A stretch of 32,000 bases of DNA. It comes from SAR324 cluster bacterium (lineage in GTDB: Bacteria > SAR324 > NAC60-12). Location: contig JADFZZ010000004.1 of the NCBI GenBank assembly GCA_015232315.1, positions 83,414 to 115,413 of the forward strand, in the 5' to 3' direction. A program made the translations under genes and the position numbers. Each line of letters opens with the position of its first letter. Position 1 is the stretch's first letter. Shown here in pieces: positions 16,066 to 26,961 of this stretch. Below the pieces are notes generated by a model that saw only the letters and a list, made by a program, of their open reading frames with translations, did no database searches and had not been told where the DNA came from.

Positions 16066-16893
16066 ATGGCTCCGAGGTATCTGGTTCCAATAGATTTTTC
16101 ACCGGTATCTGTCGATGTTGTACGGTTTGCGGACCAATGGGCTGTTCAGACAAAGGCTGAAATTTGGATCCTGCATGTCAGTCAGGCAACTTATACGTAT
16201 TATCCTGACCGGAAACAAAATGGTGAACTCCTTCCACAATCTGTGGATGATTTGAAATTGAAGGACTGGGTCGCAGCCCTCGATCTCAAGTCTCCTGTGC
16301 AGTGTTTTCATAAAACGGGGCTACCCTATTATGAGATTCTTCAGGCCTCCAGGCAGAAAGATGTGGCCTCCATCATTATGGCTGCCCATTCTCATGCCAT
16401 GAGGGATCGTCTGTTTCTTGGAAGTAACACGGATCATGTTCTGCATCATGCAACCTGCCCGGTGTTTGTTTACAAGAAAAACGGGCAGGTGTTTTCCGAG
16501 AATATTATTGTGCCGGTGGATTATCATGAAATCAACGCGCAAGTGATTCATTTTGCGGATCAATGGTGCCAAATCAATGGTGGAACGCTTAATTTCATTC
16601 ATGTGATCCGGAATGGAGAAGGCAAGGAGGTCGCAGACATGAATTTCTTTGAGCAGAAGCTGTTTGGATTTCTTGATGGTTTCAAGATCCAGTCTTCCTA
16701 TGAAGCTGTCATTCGTGTAGGAAAACCCTATTTGGAAATTTTGGCACTTCAGGAACAGATAAATGCCTGCTGGATCATGTTGGCGGCTCATTCCCACACC
16801 CAATTAGACCGCCTGTTGATGGGAAGCACTACAGATTATCTGGCTCATAACGCAAAATGCCCCGTTTATATTTTTAAACAGTCAACCAGTTGA
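16066..16893 (+). CDS. Universal stress protein, tandem UspA domains
   Basis: 275 aa made of two USP halves. Each half ends with the family motif (MAAHSHAMRDRLFLGSNTDHVLHHATCPVFVYK and LAAHSHTQLDRLLMGSTTDYLAHNAKCPVYIFK). Confidence 0.85.
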   Translation: MAPRYLVPIDFSPVSVDVVRFADQWAVQTKAEIWILHVSQATYTYYPDRKQNGELLPQSVDDLKLKDWVAALDLKSPVQCFHKTGLPYYEILQASRQKDVASIIMAAHSHAMRDRLFLGSNTDHVLHHATCPVFVYKKNGQVFSENIIVPVDYHEINAQVIHFADQWCQINGGTLNFIHVIRNGEGKEVADMNFFEQKLFGFLDGFKIQSSYEAVIRVGKPYLEILALQEQINACWIMLAAHSHTQLDRLLMGSTTDYLAHNAKCPVYIFKQSTS

Positions 16894-16933
16894 GTTCGAG
16901 GTTGAAGTGATATGCAATTGAAAGGATCAGATT

Positions 16934-19027
16934 ATGGCTTTATTTACTAAAATCAGCCCCTTGGCTCATGCGCCGTCAGGCATGACGCATGAGGGGCGGC
17001 AACTGGTGTTCAGTCTCTATGTGAAAGATGCTGAAAAGATTGAGTATCTGTTTTATCCCAACCCCTATCAAATGAAAATGGGGCAGCAATACTCCCGTCT
17101 GGAATGTGTAGAGTTGAACCTGAAAACATTCAGCGTTGGCAATCTTTGGAATTGGAAAGGGGAGTTGACCGCTGACTTTGACGAAAATTATGTGTTTGGC
17201 GTTGTCATCCGTATTTGGAAAATCGATCCTCAAACCGGAAAAGCCATTCCACATCTGGTCATTGACCCCTATTCCAGAGAAACCTCGGGTGGAGAACAAT
17301 GGCGACAATCAGAAGGCTTTGAAATTGATGCTAAAACGCTGAAGATTAAAAGAATTCCAAGAACATCTGTTCACGACCCATATGTGATCAGACGTTTGCC
17401 TGTATTACGCTATTATCACTACAATGTGGATCGACCTGCTCACCCACGAATACCGTTATCAGAATCCATTATTTATGAATGCCATGTCAGAGGTTTTACA
17501 AACAGTCCAACTTCAAGGGTTTCTGATCCAAAATATCGTGGCACCTATAAAGGTTTGACCGAGTGTATTCCCTATTTTCTGGAATTGGGAGTTACAACCA
17601 TTGAACTTCTGCCGATCTATGATTTTGATGAAAATGAAAACGTCAATGTTTCGCCCTTCACACGAGAACCGTTGATCAATTATTGGGGCTATTCACCGTT
17701 ATTGTTTCTGGCGCCCAAACAAAGCTATGCCTATAACATGGAGGATCCCATCTCCGAATTCAAGGAAATGATTGACGCCTTTCATGAGGCTGGCCTGGAA
17801 GTGATTCTGGATGTGGTTTACAACCATACCGCAGAACAGGGATCCGATGGTCCTATCGATCATTTTCGCTGGCTGGATGAGGAAACCTACTACATTTATC
17901 ACAAAACAAATCTGGCTAATTATTCAGGTTGCGGAAATACCCTGAATTGTTCGCATCCTGTGGTGAAACGACTGATTTTGCAAAGCCTTCGTTATTGGGT
18001 GAATGAAATCGGGGTTGATGGTTTCAGGTTTGATCTGGCTTCTATCTTGGATAGAAATCATGAAGGTCAGATGAATGCGTTCCCGTATCTCCTGTGGGAA
18101 ATTAAAAATGACCCGGCACTGTCGGCAGGCATCAAGGTCATTGCCGAACCCTGGGATAGTGGCGGGGGCTATCAACTCGGGCACATTGCCTATCATGCCT
18201 GCTGGGCAGAATGGAATGATCGTTTTCGTAATACGGTTCGAAAAGCTGTAAAGGGTGAGGATGGTATGATCTGGGGCATCATGAACAGTCTTGCCGGAAG
18301 TCCTGATGTTTATCAGTCGATTCAGAACGGACGTGATTTCAGCATCAATTTTCTCACGGCGCATGATGGTATGACCATGTGGGATCTTGTGTCCTACAAC
18401 CACAAGCATAATGAGGAAAATGGAGAAGAAAACCGTGATGGTACCAATGATAACTTTTCCTACAATTGCGGAATAGAGGGTCCAACGAAAGATATGGCCA
18501 TCAATAACCTCCGTTGGAAAAAAATGCGGATGATGCATTTAATGCTACAAATTTCAAATGGAACTCCCATGTTGCTTGGAGGCGATGAACTGGCACGCAC
18601 GCAGTTGGGAAACAACAATCTCTATTGCATTGATTCCCCCTTGAATTGGGTAGATTGGCGATTGGTGCAGAAAAATGTCCATTTGTTGCGCTTTGTCAAG
18701 CAGGCCATTGCCATCAGAAAACAATATCGGGATTTATTGTTTTCCACTGAAAGTCATTATTCCTGGTTTAACTCCGAAGGTGGTGAAGCGGATTATAGTT
18801 CTTATATTCGCACACTGGTCTGGCATATTTCACATCCCAGTCATCCTAAAAAAGCCATGTGCGTTTTGCTTAATTTTTTTCATGGTGCCATTGATTTCAA
18901 ATTTCCGGAGAGTGGACAGTGGTTTTGTGTCATGGATACAAAACAGGATTCAAATGTCATGGGCCGGATTATGAATAATATTGTCAAGGTTGCCGGTTTT
19001 TCAATACAGATTTACCGGCGTGTATGA
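16934..19027 (+). CDS. glgX: Glycogen debranching enzyme (isoamylase-type, GH13)
   Basis: 697 aa with YECHVRGFT, DVVYNHT, GVDGFRFDLASIL, AEPWD and FLTAHDGMTMWDLVSYNHKHNEENGEENRDG. Confidence 0.92.
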   Translation: MALFTKISPLAHAPSGMTHEGRQLVFSLYVKDAEKIEYLFYPNPYQMKMGQQYSRLECVELNLKTFSVGNLWNWKGELTADFDENYVFGVVIRIWKIDPQTGKAIPHLVIDPYSRETSGGEQWRQSEGFEIDAKTLKIKRIPRTSVHDPYVIRRLPVLRYYHYNVDRPAHPRIPLSESIIYECHVRGFTNSPTSRVSDPKYRGTYKGLTECIPYFLELGVTTIELLPIYDFDENENVNVSPFTREPLINYWGYSPLLFLAPKQSYAYNMEDPISEFKEMIDAFHEAGLEVILDVVYNHTAEQGSDGPIDHFRWLDEETYYIYHKTNLANYSGCGNTLNCSHPVVKRLILQSLRYWVNEIGVDGFRFDLASILDRNHEGQMNAFPYLLWEIKNDPALSAGIKVIAEPWDSGGGYQLGHIAYHACWAEWNDRFRNTVRKAVKGEDGMIWGIMNSLAGSPDVYQSIQNGRDFSINFLTAHDGMTMWDLVSYNHKHNEENGEENRDGTNDNFSYNCGIEGPTKDMAINNLRWKKMRMMHLMLQISNGTPMLLGGDELARTQLGNNNLYCIDSPLNWVDWRLVQKNVHLLRFVKQAIAIRKQYRDLLFSTESHYSWFNSEGGEADYSSYIRTLVWHISHPSHPKKAMCVLLNFFHGAIDFKFPESGQWFCVMDTKQDSNVMGRIMNNIVKVAGFSIQIYRRV

Positions 19028-19086
19028 GTTATGAACGGACCTTTGTCCTAACAGGAGTCCATCCTATAACATGAAAGGAAACTGAG

Positions 19087-20310
19087 ATGAATGTACTGAG
19101 CATGATACTGGCGGGAGGAGAGGGAACCCGGTTGTATCCACTAACGATTGACAGAGCCAAACCGTCCGTCCCTATTGGCGGAAATTACCGGATTATTGAT
19201 TTTGTGTTGAATAATTTCATGAATTCCGGAGTTCTGAAAATGTATGTACTGACCCAGTTCAAATCGCACTCACTGATGCGCCATTTACGACTGGGATGGA
19301 GAATTTCCGGTTTGACCCGCACATTCATTGACCCCATTCCCGCCCAGATGCAGACCGGAAAGAAATGGTATGAGGGCACGGCAGACGCTATTTATCAGAA
19401 TATCAACCTGATCAAGGATGAAGACCCTGAACTGGTGTGTATCTTTGGCGGCGATCACATCTACAAGATGGATATACAGCAAATGATCAAATTCCATCAA
19501 AAGAAAAACGCTGTGATGACTGTTGCGGCGATCCCGGTGCCAATACGTGATGCCCATCATTTCGGCGTGATTGAGGTTGATGACGATTGGAAAATGATCG
19601 GCTTTCAGGAAAAACCCAAAGAAAATCCCAAAACCATTCCGGGTGACCCTGACCATGTGCTGGCTTCCATGGGAAATTATGTGTTCAATACCAAAGAGTT
19701 GGTGGAAGAATTGATGGAAGACGCACAAAATGTTGATTCTGACCATGATTTTGGTAAAAATATCATTCCGCACCTATATCCACAGGGCGGCGTTTATGTT
19801 TATAACTTTCTGGAAAATGATATTCCGGGCATCAGTGAAAAGGAAAGAGGGTATTGGCGTGATGTAGGAACCATTGATGCTTATTGGGAAGCCAACATGG
19901 ATTTTATTCAGGTTGACCCCGTTTTTAATCTGTATAATCATAAGTGGCCACTGAATACATACAACCCTCCTTATCCTCCAGCAAAATTTGTGCATTTCAG
20001 CGAGATACGAACAGGACATGCTATCAATTCCATGGTGGCAACTGGAACCATCATCAGCGGCGCGATGGTCGAACAGTGCGTCATCAGTTATAATGTCAGA
20101 ATTCATAGTTTCTGTCATGTCAGTCAGTCGGTGATCATGGATAATGTGCAGATCGGCAGAGGCGCTCAGATTCAACGAGCTATTATTGACAAAGATACAA
20201 TCATCGCACCTGGTACGAGAATCGGTTACGATCTTGAAGCTGACCGAAAGCGGTTTCATGTCTCGCCCAATGGCATTGTTGTTATTCCCAAAGGAGTTCG
20301 CGTTGAGTAA
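19087..20310 (+). CDS. glgC: Glucose-1-phosphate adenylyltransferase
   Basis: 407 aa with ILAGGEGTRLYPLTxxRAKPxVPIGGNYRIIDFxLNNxxNSG and a C-terminal left-handed beta-helix-like region. Confidence 0.92.
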   Translation: MNVLSMILAGGEGTRLYPLTIDRAKPSVPIGGNYRIIDFVLNNFMNSGVLKMYVLTQFKSHSLMRHLRLGWRISGLTRTFIDPIPAQMQTGKKWYEGTADAIYQNINLIKDEDPELVCIFGGDHIYKMDIQQMIKFHQKKNAVMTVAAIPVPIRDAHHFGVIEVDDDWKMIGFQEKPKENPKTIPGDPDHVLASMGNYVFNTKELVEELMEDAQNVDSDHDFGKNIIPHLYPQGGVYVYNFLENDIPGISEKERGYWRDVGTIDAYWEANMDFIQVDPVFNLYNHKWPLNTYNPPYPPAKFVHFSEIRTGHAINSMVATGTIISGAMVEQCVISYNVRIHSFCHVSQSVIMDNVQIGRGAQIQRAIIDKDTIIAPGTRIGYDLEADRKRFHVSPNGIVVIPKGVRVE

Positions 20311-21781
20311 AAAATATAAAATTATCTTCACTATCTCTGAATGTAATGGATTTGCCAAGACTGGAGGTCTTGCGGATGTCGGAATGTCACTGCCACTTGC
20401 TCTCAAGGAACACGGGCATGATGTCAGGATTGTTATTCCATTTTACCGTGGTGTCTCCAGAAACTATAACACGATGACTGCTGTTCATTCCCTCGGTGTT
20501 CCGATGGGGGACCATGAGGCATGGTGTTCCGTACGTTATCTGATCGAAGAAGGCGTTCCTGTTTATTTTATTGAGCATAATGGATTTTTCGATCGGGATC
20601 GTATCTACGATGATGGAAACTATGAATATGGTGATAACGCCCTGCGGTTTGGCTTTCTCTCCCGTGCGGTGTTGCAATTATGCAAAGTTCTCCATTTCAT
20701 GCCGGATATCATTCACTGCAATGACTGGCAGACAGCAATGACACCCTATTATCTCAAGGAATATGAGCGCGATAATTATTTTTTGAGCAAAACCGCATCG
20801 GTTCTGACCATCCACAATGCGGCATTCCAGGGCAAATTCTGGGGTGGCTTTGCAGGGCCACTGGCTATCGCCCACAAAGATATGGTGTCAGACTGCTTTG
20901 AAGATTTCGGCATGATTAATTTTCTGAAGGGCGGTATTGCCTATGCCGACAAGATCAACGCAGTGAGTCCAGGTTATGCTGAAGAATTGACGACCTATGT
21001 GGGAAGTCATGGATTGCATGACTCATTCATGAGACGGCAACAGGATTTCAGCGGAATCCTCAATGGTTGCGATTATCATATCTGGGATCCTGAAATTGAT
21101 CATCTGATTCCTGCTCAATTCAGTCTCGATGACTTGAGCGGCAAAAAACTCTGCAAAAAAATGCTTCAGAAAAGTTTTAATCTTCCTCAGCTTTCTCACA
21201 CACCCGTGATCGGAATTGTCAGCCGATTGACCCAGCAGAAAGGCTTTGATTATACCCTGTCTGCGATGAGGGATATTCTGATTAATAATGATGTTCAGGT
21301 AGTGATCCTGGGCGCAGGCGAATCCTGGATTCAGGATGCCCTGCATGGCCTGGCCTGGGAATTTCCTGAAAAGTGTGGCGTGACGATCCGCTACAGTGAG
21401 GAAGTGGCCCATTATATCGAAGCCGGCAGCGATATGTTTTTAATGCCTTCTTTATTTGAACCCTGTGGACTGAATCAGATGTACAGTTTGAAATATGGCA
21501 CCTTGCCCATTGTTCGGGCTGTCGGCGGATTAAAAAACACAGTGGAACATTATAACATCCTCGATGGCAGTGGAACAGGGTTTGTGTTCCAGTTGCCAAC
21601 GAGCGGCGATGTGGTTCAGTGTGTGAACTTTGCCCTGGAAACCTATCATAAGCGCCCCACTCATTTCCAGAAAATGATACATCAGGCCATGCAACAACAC
21701 TTTGATTGGCGCAGTTCAACCATTAAATATGAAGAACTCTATGAAAGTGCGATTAAAAAACGTCAATCAGGGTCCCGGTAA
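20303..21781 (+). CDS. glgA: Glycogen synthase (ADP-glucose type)
   Basis: The conserved N-terminus starts at SKKYKIIFTISECNGFAKTGGLADV. TTG at 20303 is preceded by AAGGAG with a 6-nt spacer and overlaps the glgC stop by 8 nt. The track ORF extension back to 20144 lies inside glgC. The EPCGLNQ motif is present. Confidence 0.88.
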   Translation: MSKKYKIIFTISECNGFAKTGGLADVGMSLPLALKEHGHDVRIVIPFYRGVSRNYNTMTAVHSLGVPMGDHEAWCSVRYLIEEGVPVYFIEHNGFFDRDRIYDDGNYEYGDNALRFGFLSRAVLQLCKVLHFMPDIIHCNDWQTAMTPYYLKEYERDNYFLSKTASVLTIHNAAFQGKFWGGFAGPLAIAHKDMVSDCFEDFGMINFLKGGIAYADKINAVSPGYAEELTTYVGSHGLHDSFMRRQQDFSGILNGCDYHIWDPEIDHLIPAQFSLDDLSGKKLCKKMLQKSFNLPQLSHTPVIGIVSRLTQQKGFDYTLSAMRDILINNDVQVVILGAGESWIQDALHGLAWEFPEKCGVTIRYSEEVAHYIEAGSDMFLMPSLFEPCGLNQMYSLKYGTLPIVRAVGGLKNTVEHYNILDGSGTGFVFQLPTSGDVVQCVNFALETYHKRPTHFQKMIHQAMQQHFDWRSSTIKYEELYESAIKKRQSGSR

Positions 21782-21968
21782 AACGGCTTCATTACCCCCT
21801 TGCCAGTTTTAACTTGTTATTTTGCTCTGCAAAGCCAATACAAAGCCATTCCTGAGCCTGTCTAGCAGAACAGGCTCTATCCAGCAACAGAATCAGTTCC
21901 TTCTTGATTAACGCATAGTTTCTCTTTCCATATTTCACATAAACTCATTTCCTTACAAGGTAGCGGTT

Positions 21969-24185
21969 ATGTCACGTATAAAATTATCGGACGCAGAAAA
22001 AGATGCTTTGGTTGCAGCTAATTTCCAAACACCACGATCAGTATTAGGTTTTCATGAAGTAAAAAGAACCACTCAACCACCGGTCTGGGTAATTCGGGTA
22101 CTGGAACATGACGCTGCTTCGATTCAAGTGTTGTGGGAGGAGCAGGAACCTCTGAGCATGGAAAAAATTCATGATGGGGGATTGTTCGAACTGGTCATGG
22201 CACCCCTGAAAGAACTGACCCCCTATAAATTAAAAATTACTTATGTCAATGGCGTTGAAGTGTTACGGAACGATCCCTATTATTTCACACCCCAGTTGAC
22301 AGAATATGACTGTTATCTGTTCAATCAGGGAAATCACCATCAGATCTACAGAAAACTGGGATCACACCCCACAAACATCGAAGGCGTGGACGGTGTATTA
22401 TTCGCGGTTTGGGCACCCAATGCCCAGCGGGTGAGTGTTGTGGGCGATTTTAATTTATGGGATGGCCGTAAAAATCCGATGCATCTGGTTGGACATTCAG
22501 GAATCTGGGAAGTATTCATCCCTCATGTGAAGCAAGGCGCTTTCTACAAATATGAGATCAAGGACAGACACGGAAGTATCCGTCTGAAAACAGACCCGTA
22601 TTGTGTGGCAATGGAGCAACGACCCTCCACGGCATCCATGGTCTATGATCTCGAGGGACATCAATGGAATGACCGTGGTTGGCTTGATCACAGAAAAAAC
22701 AGCAATATTTACAAGGAACCTGTCAGTATTTATGAAGTACATCTGGGTTCATGGAGAAGGGTACCCCATGAAGAAAACCGGTTTCTGACATATCGTGAAG
22801 CCGCTGATCAATTGATTCCGTATGTCAAGGATATGGGATACACCCACATTGAACTTCTGCCCGTTGCGGAACATCCGCTGGATGCCTCATGGGGCTATCA
22901 GGTTATCGGTTTTTTTGCCGTAACATCAAGGTTTGGAACACCTCATGATTTTATGTATTTCGTGGATCGGTGTCATCAGGAAGGTATCGGTGTGCTCGTT
23001 GATTGGGTTCCCGGACATTTCCCCAAGGATGAAACCGGTCTCGTCTATTTTGATGGAACGCATCTGTATGAACATGAGGATACCCGTAAAGGTGAACACC
23101 TGGAATGGGGAACTCTGGTTTTTAATTATGGCCGTCATGAAGTATCCAATTTTCTAATCTCAAATGCTTTGTTCTGGTTTGATGTTTACCATATTGATGG
23201 AATCCGGGTCGATGCCGTTGCCTCCATGCTTTATCTGGATTATGGCCGGAAAGAAGGGGAATGGCTTCCTAACAAATATGGTGGAAAAGAAAATGTGGAC
23301 GCGATTGATTTCATGCGGCGTCTGAATGAAGTGCTGTTCAGCTATCATCAGGGTATTTTGACTGTGGCTGAAGAATCAACCTCATGGACTGGAGTGACTC
23401 ATCCCACTTACACAGGAGGACTCGGGTTCAACTTCAAATGGAATATGGGGTGGATGAATGACACGTTGCGATATATGTCCAAAACCCCGGTCTACCGTAA
23501 ATATGATCATCATCTGATCACTTTTTCTCTCATGTATGCCTTCTCTGAAAACTTCATTCTGCCGATTTCGCATGATGAAGTGGTTCATGGAAAATCTTCG
23601 CTTCTCAGCAAAATGCCAGGTGATGCCTGGCAGCAAAGAGCCAATTTCCGGCTGTATCTGTTTTTCCAGATGGCACATCCCGGAAAACAGTTATTGTTCA
23701 TGGGGTCCGAGTTTGGTCAATGGCTCGAATGGAGCGAAGCACGAAGTCTTGACTGGCACTTGCTGGAATTCCACGAACATCGACAGTTGCAGGACTTTTG
23801 CCGCGAAAACAACTGGTTCTATCGCCGATATCCCACGCTGTACACCAATGATTTCAGTTGGAAAGGTTTTGAATGGATTGATCTGCATGATAATGACAAC
23901 AGCGTGCTTTCCTTTTTAAGACGAGGCGACGAAAACACTCAGGACCCACCCATCATTTTTGTGATAAACGCAACACCCGTTCCCAGAAACCAGTACATGA
24001 TCGGTGTCCCTGACAGTGGACTCTACCATAAAATTTTTGACACGGATTCTCCCCGTTTTGGTGGAAGTGGTTACAACAGGCAGGATACCATTCATAGCGG
24101 TTCACTGGAGTGGCAGGGTCGCCCATACTCACTTTGTCTCGATCTTCCCCCTCTGGCTGGAGTCGCCTTTAGTTTGAAACAATAA
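21969..24185 (+). CDS. glgB: 1,4-alpha-glucan branching enzyme
   Basis: 738 aa with WGYQ, DWVPGHF, DGIRVDAVASMLY, AEESTSW and HDEVVHGK. Confidence 0.93.
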   Translation: MSRIKLSDAEKDALVAANFQTPRSVLGFHEVKRTTQPPVWVIRVLEHDAASIQVLWEEQEPLSMEKIHDGGLFELVMAPLKELTPYKLKITYVNGVEVLRNDPYYFTPQLTEYDCYLFNQGNHHQIYRKLGSHPTNIEGVDGVLFAVWAPNAQRVSVVGDFNLWDGRKNPMHLVGHSGIWEVFIPHVKQGAFYKYEIKDRHGSIRLKTDPYCVAMEQRPSTASMVYDLEGHQWNDRGWLDHRKNSNIYKEPVSIYEVHLGSWRRVPHEENRFLTYREAADQLIPYVKDMGYTHIELLPVAEHPLDASWGYQVIGFFAVTSRFGTPHDFMYFVDRCHQEGIGVLVDWVPGHFPKDETGLVYFDGTHLYEHEDTRKGEHLEWGTLVFNYGRHEVSNFLISNALFWFDVYHIDGIRVDAVASMLYLDYGRKEGEWLPNKYGGKENVDAIDFMRRLNEVLFSYHQGILTVAEESTSWTGVTHPTYTGGLGFNFKWNMGWMNDTLRYMSKTPVYRKYDHHLITFSLMYAFSENFILPISHDEVVHGKSSLLSKMPGDAWQQRANFRLYLFFQMAHPGKQLLFMGSEFGQWLEWSEARSLDWHLLEFHEHRQLQDFCRENNWFYRRYPTLYTNDFSWKGFEWIDLHDNDNSVLSFLRRGDENTQDPPIIFVINATPVPRNQYMIGVPDSGLYHKIFDTDSPRFGGSGYNRQDTIHSGSLEWQGRPYSLCLDLPPLAGVAFSLKQ

Positions 24186-24338
24186 GTGATTGAAGTGAAA
24201 TAATTGATAATTTGAAAATTATTTCTTTGCTTCCCGAATTTATTTTGCTAAGGGAAATTCAGGACAACTAACACAGATGGATCCATGTGAGGTCCATTGA
24301 CCTTATTCCCAAGTGTATAAAACAGTTTGAGGAGGACA

Positions 24339-26843
24339 ATGTCAGCACAAGAAACTAACAAATTATGGCAACACATTGCGGGTTACCGCAAGATGGACAA
24401 AGACTCTTTCATTGAGTCAATCGCGAATCACCTGGAATTTTCCCTGTGTAAAAACCGTTACACTGTAGATAACTTTGATATTTACTACAGCTTGGCTCTT
24501 TCAGTGAGAGACCGGATGGTGGAACTCTGGAATGATACGCAGCAGACCTACCACAATGAAAATGCCAAACGAGTTTATTATTTATCCCTGGAATATCTGA
24601 TGGGACGCAGTTTGTCCAACAGTCTGATCAATCTGGGGATCTATGATACTTGCAAACAGGCTCTTGCGGAAATTGGCTATGACATCAACGATATTGAAGA
24701 ACTGGAGCATGATGCCGGACTTGGCAACGGTGGATTAGGCCGCTTGGCCGCCTGTTTCCTGGATTCGATGGCAACCTTGCAGTTGCCGGCCTATGGTTAC
24801 GGAATTCGCTATGAATACGGAATTTTCAATCAGAAAATCGAAAATTGTGAGCAGGTCGAGCATCCGGACAACTGGTTGAGGGATGGTTACCCGTGGGAAA
24901 TTCCACGCTGGGACATGGTTTTTCCTGTTCAGTTCTTCGGGCGGGTGCATGAATATGTGGATTCCAACGGAAAAAAACGCTATGAACTGAGGGACACCCA
25001 GGACGTTATGGCAATGGCGTATGATGTGCCGATTCCCGGCTTCAAAAACCATACAGTCAATAATTTACGCCTCTGGTCAGCTCGCCCCACCAAGGAATTT
25101 GATTTCCACATGTTCAATAAAGGCGATTATTTCAAAGCCGTTGAAGAAGAACAGAAAAGTGAGACTCTTTCTAAAGTACTGTATCCCAACGACAAGGGCT
25201 TTGCAGGCAAAGAACTGCGTTTGAAGCAGCAGTTTTTCTTTGTTTCAGCCTCACTTCAGGATCTCATCCGCCGTTATAAAACAGACAATCAGTCTTTTGA
25301 CAAATTCCCGGATCAGGTGGCCATTCAATTGAATGACACCCATCCATCGATTGCTGTTCCGGAATTGATGCGATTGCTGATTGATATTGAAGGACTGGAA
25401 TGGGATACCGCATGGGACATCACCAAAAAAGTCTTTGCCTATACCAACCATACTGTTTTACCTGAAGCTCTTGAAAGATGGCCTCTCGACATGCTTGGCA
25501 ACCTTCTGCCACGACAATTGCAGATCATTTATCTGATCAACCATAATTTCCTTCAGGAAGTTCGGAAGCAGTTTCCAGGCGATGAGTCATTGATTGGCCG
25601 GGTTTCTCTGGTGAGTGAGAGTGGTGGTCGTCAAATCATCATGCCTCATCTGGCAATTGTTGGCAGTCACGCTGTAAACGGGGTTTCCGCATTGCACACT
25701 GAACTGTTGAAAACCACGGTCCTCAAAGATTTTTACGCCATTTATCCTGAAAAATTTCAGAATAAAACCAATGGCATCACTCCTCGACGCTGGTTGCGTG
25801 AATGCAATCAGGAGTTGTCAGCGCTGATCACCAGTAAAATTGGTGAAGGCTGGGTGACCAATCTGGACGAACTGAAAAAATTGATTCCGTTGGCGGATGA
25901 CAAAAATTTTCAGAAAGCCTGGCAGAATGTCAAACTGACCAAAAAGAAACAGTTTGCCCAATGGCTCAAGGATAATAAAAATATTGAGATCAATCCTAAT
26001 TCAATGTTTGATGTTCAAATCAAACGGATTCATGAATATAAACGGCAATTGCTCAATATTCTGCACGTTATCACCATGTATTCCCGAATCATCAGTAATC
26101 CGAATGGCAAGCATGTCCCTCGGACGGTGATTTTAGGCGGAAAAGCGGCTCCGGGCTATTACATGGCCAAGTTGATGATTCAACTGGCGAATGATGTGGC
26201 ACGTACCATCAATAACAATCCTGCGGTTGGTGATAAACTGCGAGTCGTCTTTGTGGAAAACTATGGCGTGTCTCTTGCCGAAAAAATCATGCCGGCTACC
26301 GAACTCTCCCAGCATATTTCCACGGCGGGAACAGAAGCGTCCGGAACAGGAAACATGAAGTTCTGCCTCAATGGAGCGATCATCATTGGTACTCTGGACG
26401 GGGCGAATATTGAAATCATGGAGGAAGTGGGTGAGGAGAATACATTCATCTTTGGATTAAAAACTCCGGAAGTGATGGCACTTCAGGCTCAGGGCTATAA
26501 TCCAAGAGTGTATTACCAGGCTCATGAAGAACTTCAAAAAGCCCTGGAAATGATCAACACCGGTTATTTCAACCGGAATGATCCTCATTTATACAATGAC
26601 ATCTACAACTCGCTGGTATTTGATGATCAGTATCTGCTGTTGGCGGATTACGCGAGCTATATCGCCTGTCAGGAAAAAGTCTCTGAGACTTACAGTGATC
26701 AGGCAAAGTGGACGCGGATGTCGATTCTGAATACAGCCAATATGGGTAAATTTTCCAGTGATCGGACCATTGATGAATATGCAAAGGACATCTGGGATGT
26801 GAAACCTGTCAAAATTCGACCTGTTGGTCAGAAAATTCGTTAA
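24339..26843 (+). CDS. glgP: Glycogen/alpha-glucan phosphorylase
   Basis: Contains the GT35 motif EASGTGNMKFCLNGAIIIGTLDGANIE (PLP Lys) and YLSLEYLMGR. ATG 24339 sits just after GAGGAGGA; TTG 24327 is an alternative start. Confidence 0.92.
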   Translation: MSAQETNKLWQHIAGYRKMDKDSFIESIANHLEFSLCKNRYTVDNFDIYYSLALSVRDRMVELWNDTQQTYHNENAKRVYYLSLEYLMGRSLSNSLINLGIYDTCKQALAEIGYDINDIEELEHDAGLGNGGLGRLAACFLDSMATLQLPAYGYGIRYEYGIFNQKIENCEQVEHPDNWLRDGYPWEIPRWDMVFPVQFFGRVHEYVDSNGKKRYELRDTQDVMAMAYDVPIPGFKNHTVNNLRLWSARPTKEFDFHMFNKGDYFKAVEEEQKSETLSKVLYPNDKGFAGKELRLKQQFFFVSASLQDLIRRYKTDNQSFDKFPDQVAIQLNDTHPSIAVPELMRLLIDIEGLEWDTAWDITKKVFAYTNHTVLPEALERWPLDMLGNLLPRQLQIIYLINHNFLQEVRKQFPGDESLIGRVSLVSESGGRQIIMPHLAIVGSHAVNGVSALHTELLKTTVLKDFYAIYPEKFQNKTNGITPRRWLRECNQELSALITSKIGEGWVTNLDELKKLIPLADDKNFQKAWQNVKLTKKKQFAQWLKDNKNIEINPNSMFDVQIKRIHEYKRQLLNILHVITMYSRIISNPNGKHVPRTVILGGKAAPGYYMAKLMIQLANDVARTINNNPAVGDKLRVVFVENYGVSLAEKIMPATELSQHISTAGTEASGTGNMKFCLNGAIIIGTLDGANIEIMEEVGEENTFIFGLKTPEVMALQAQGYNPRVYYQAHEELQKALEMINTGYFNRNDPHLYNDIYNSLVFDDQYLLLADYASYIACQEKVSETYSDQAKWTRMSILNTANMGKFSSDRTIDEYAKDIWDVKPVKIRPVGQKIR

Positions 26844-26850
26844 TCTCTCC

Positions 26851-26880
26851 TGAGCCATGAAAATTATGTTTCATGGCTCA
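26851..26880. terminator. 12-bp perfect stem / 6-nt loop hairpin after glgP, between convergent genes
   Basis: TGAGCCATGAAA-attatg-TTTCATGGCTCA, starting 8 nt after the glgP stop. No U-tract follows. Confidence 0.5.
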
Positions 26881-26961
26881 TCTCACCCCCCGATTCCCGT
26901 CACCACGCTTTAAGATCCCTCATGGATGAAAATGTGACAACCTTCAAAAGGTTGATACAGC

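Noticed and set aside
20144-20302. N-terminal 53-codon extension of the glgA ORF as given in the track.
   Set aside because: The extension lies inside the glgC coding region in another frame. Conserved GlgA sequence begins at SKKYKII, and a TTG at 20303 has a good AAGGAG SD.
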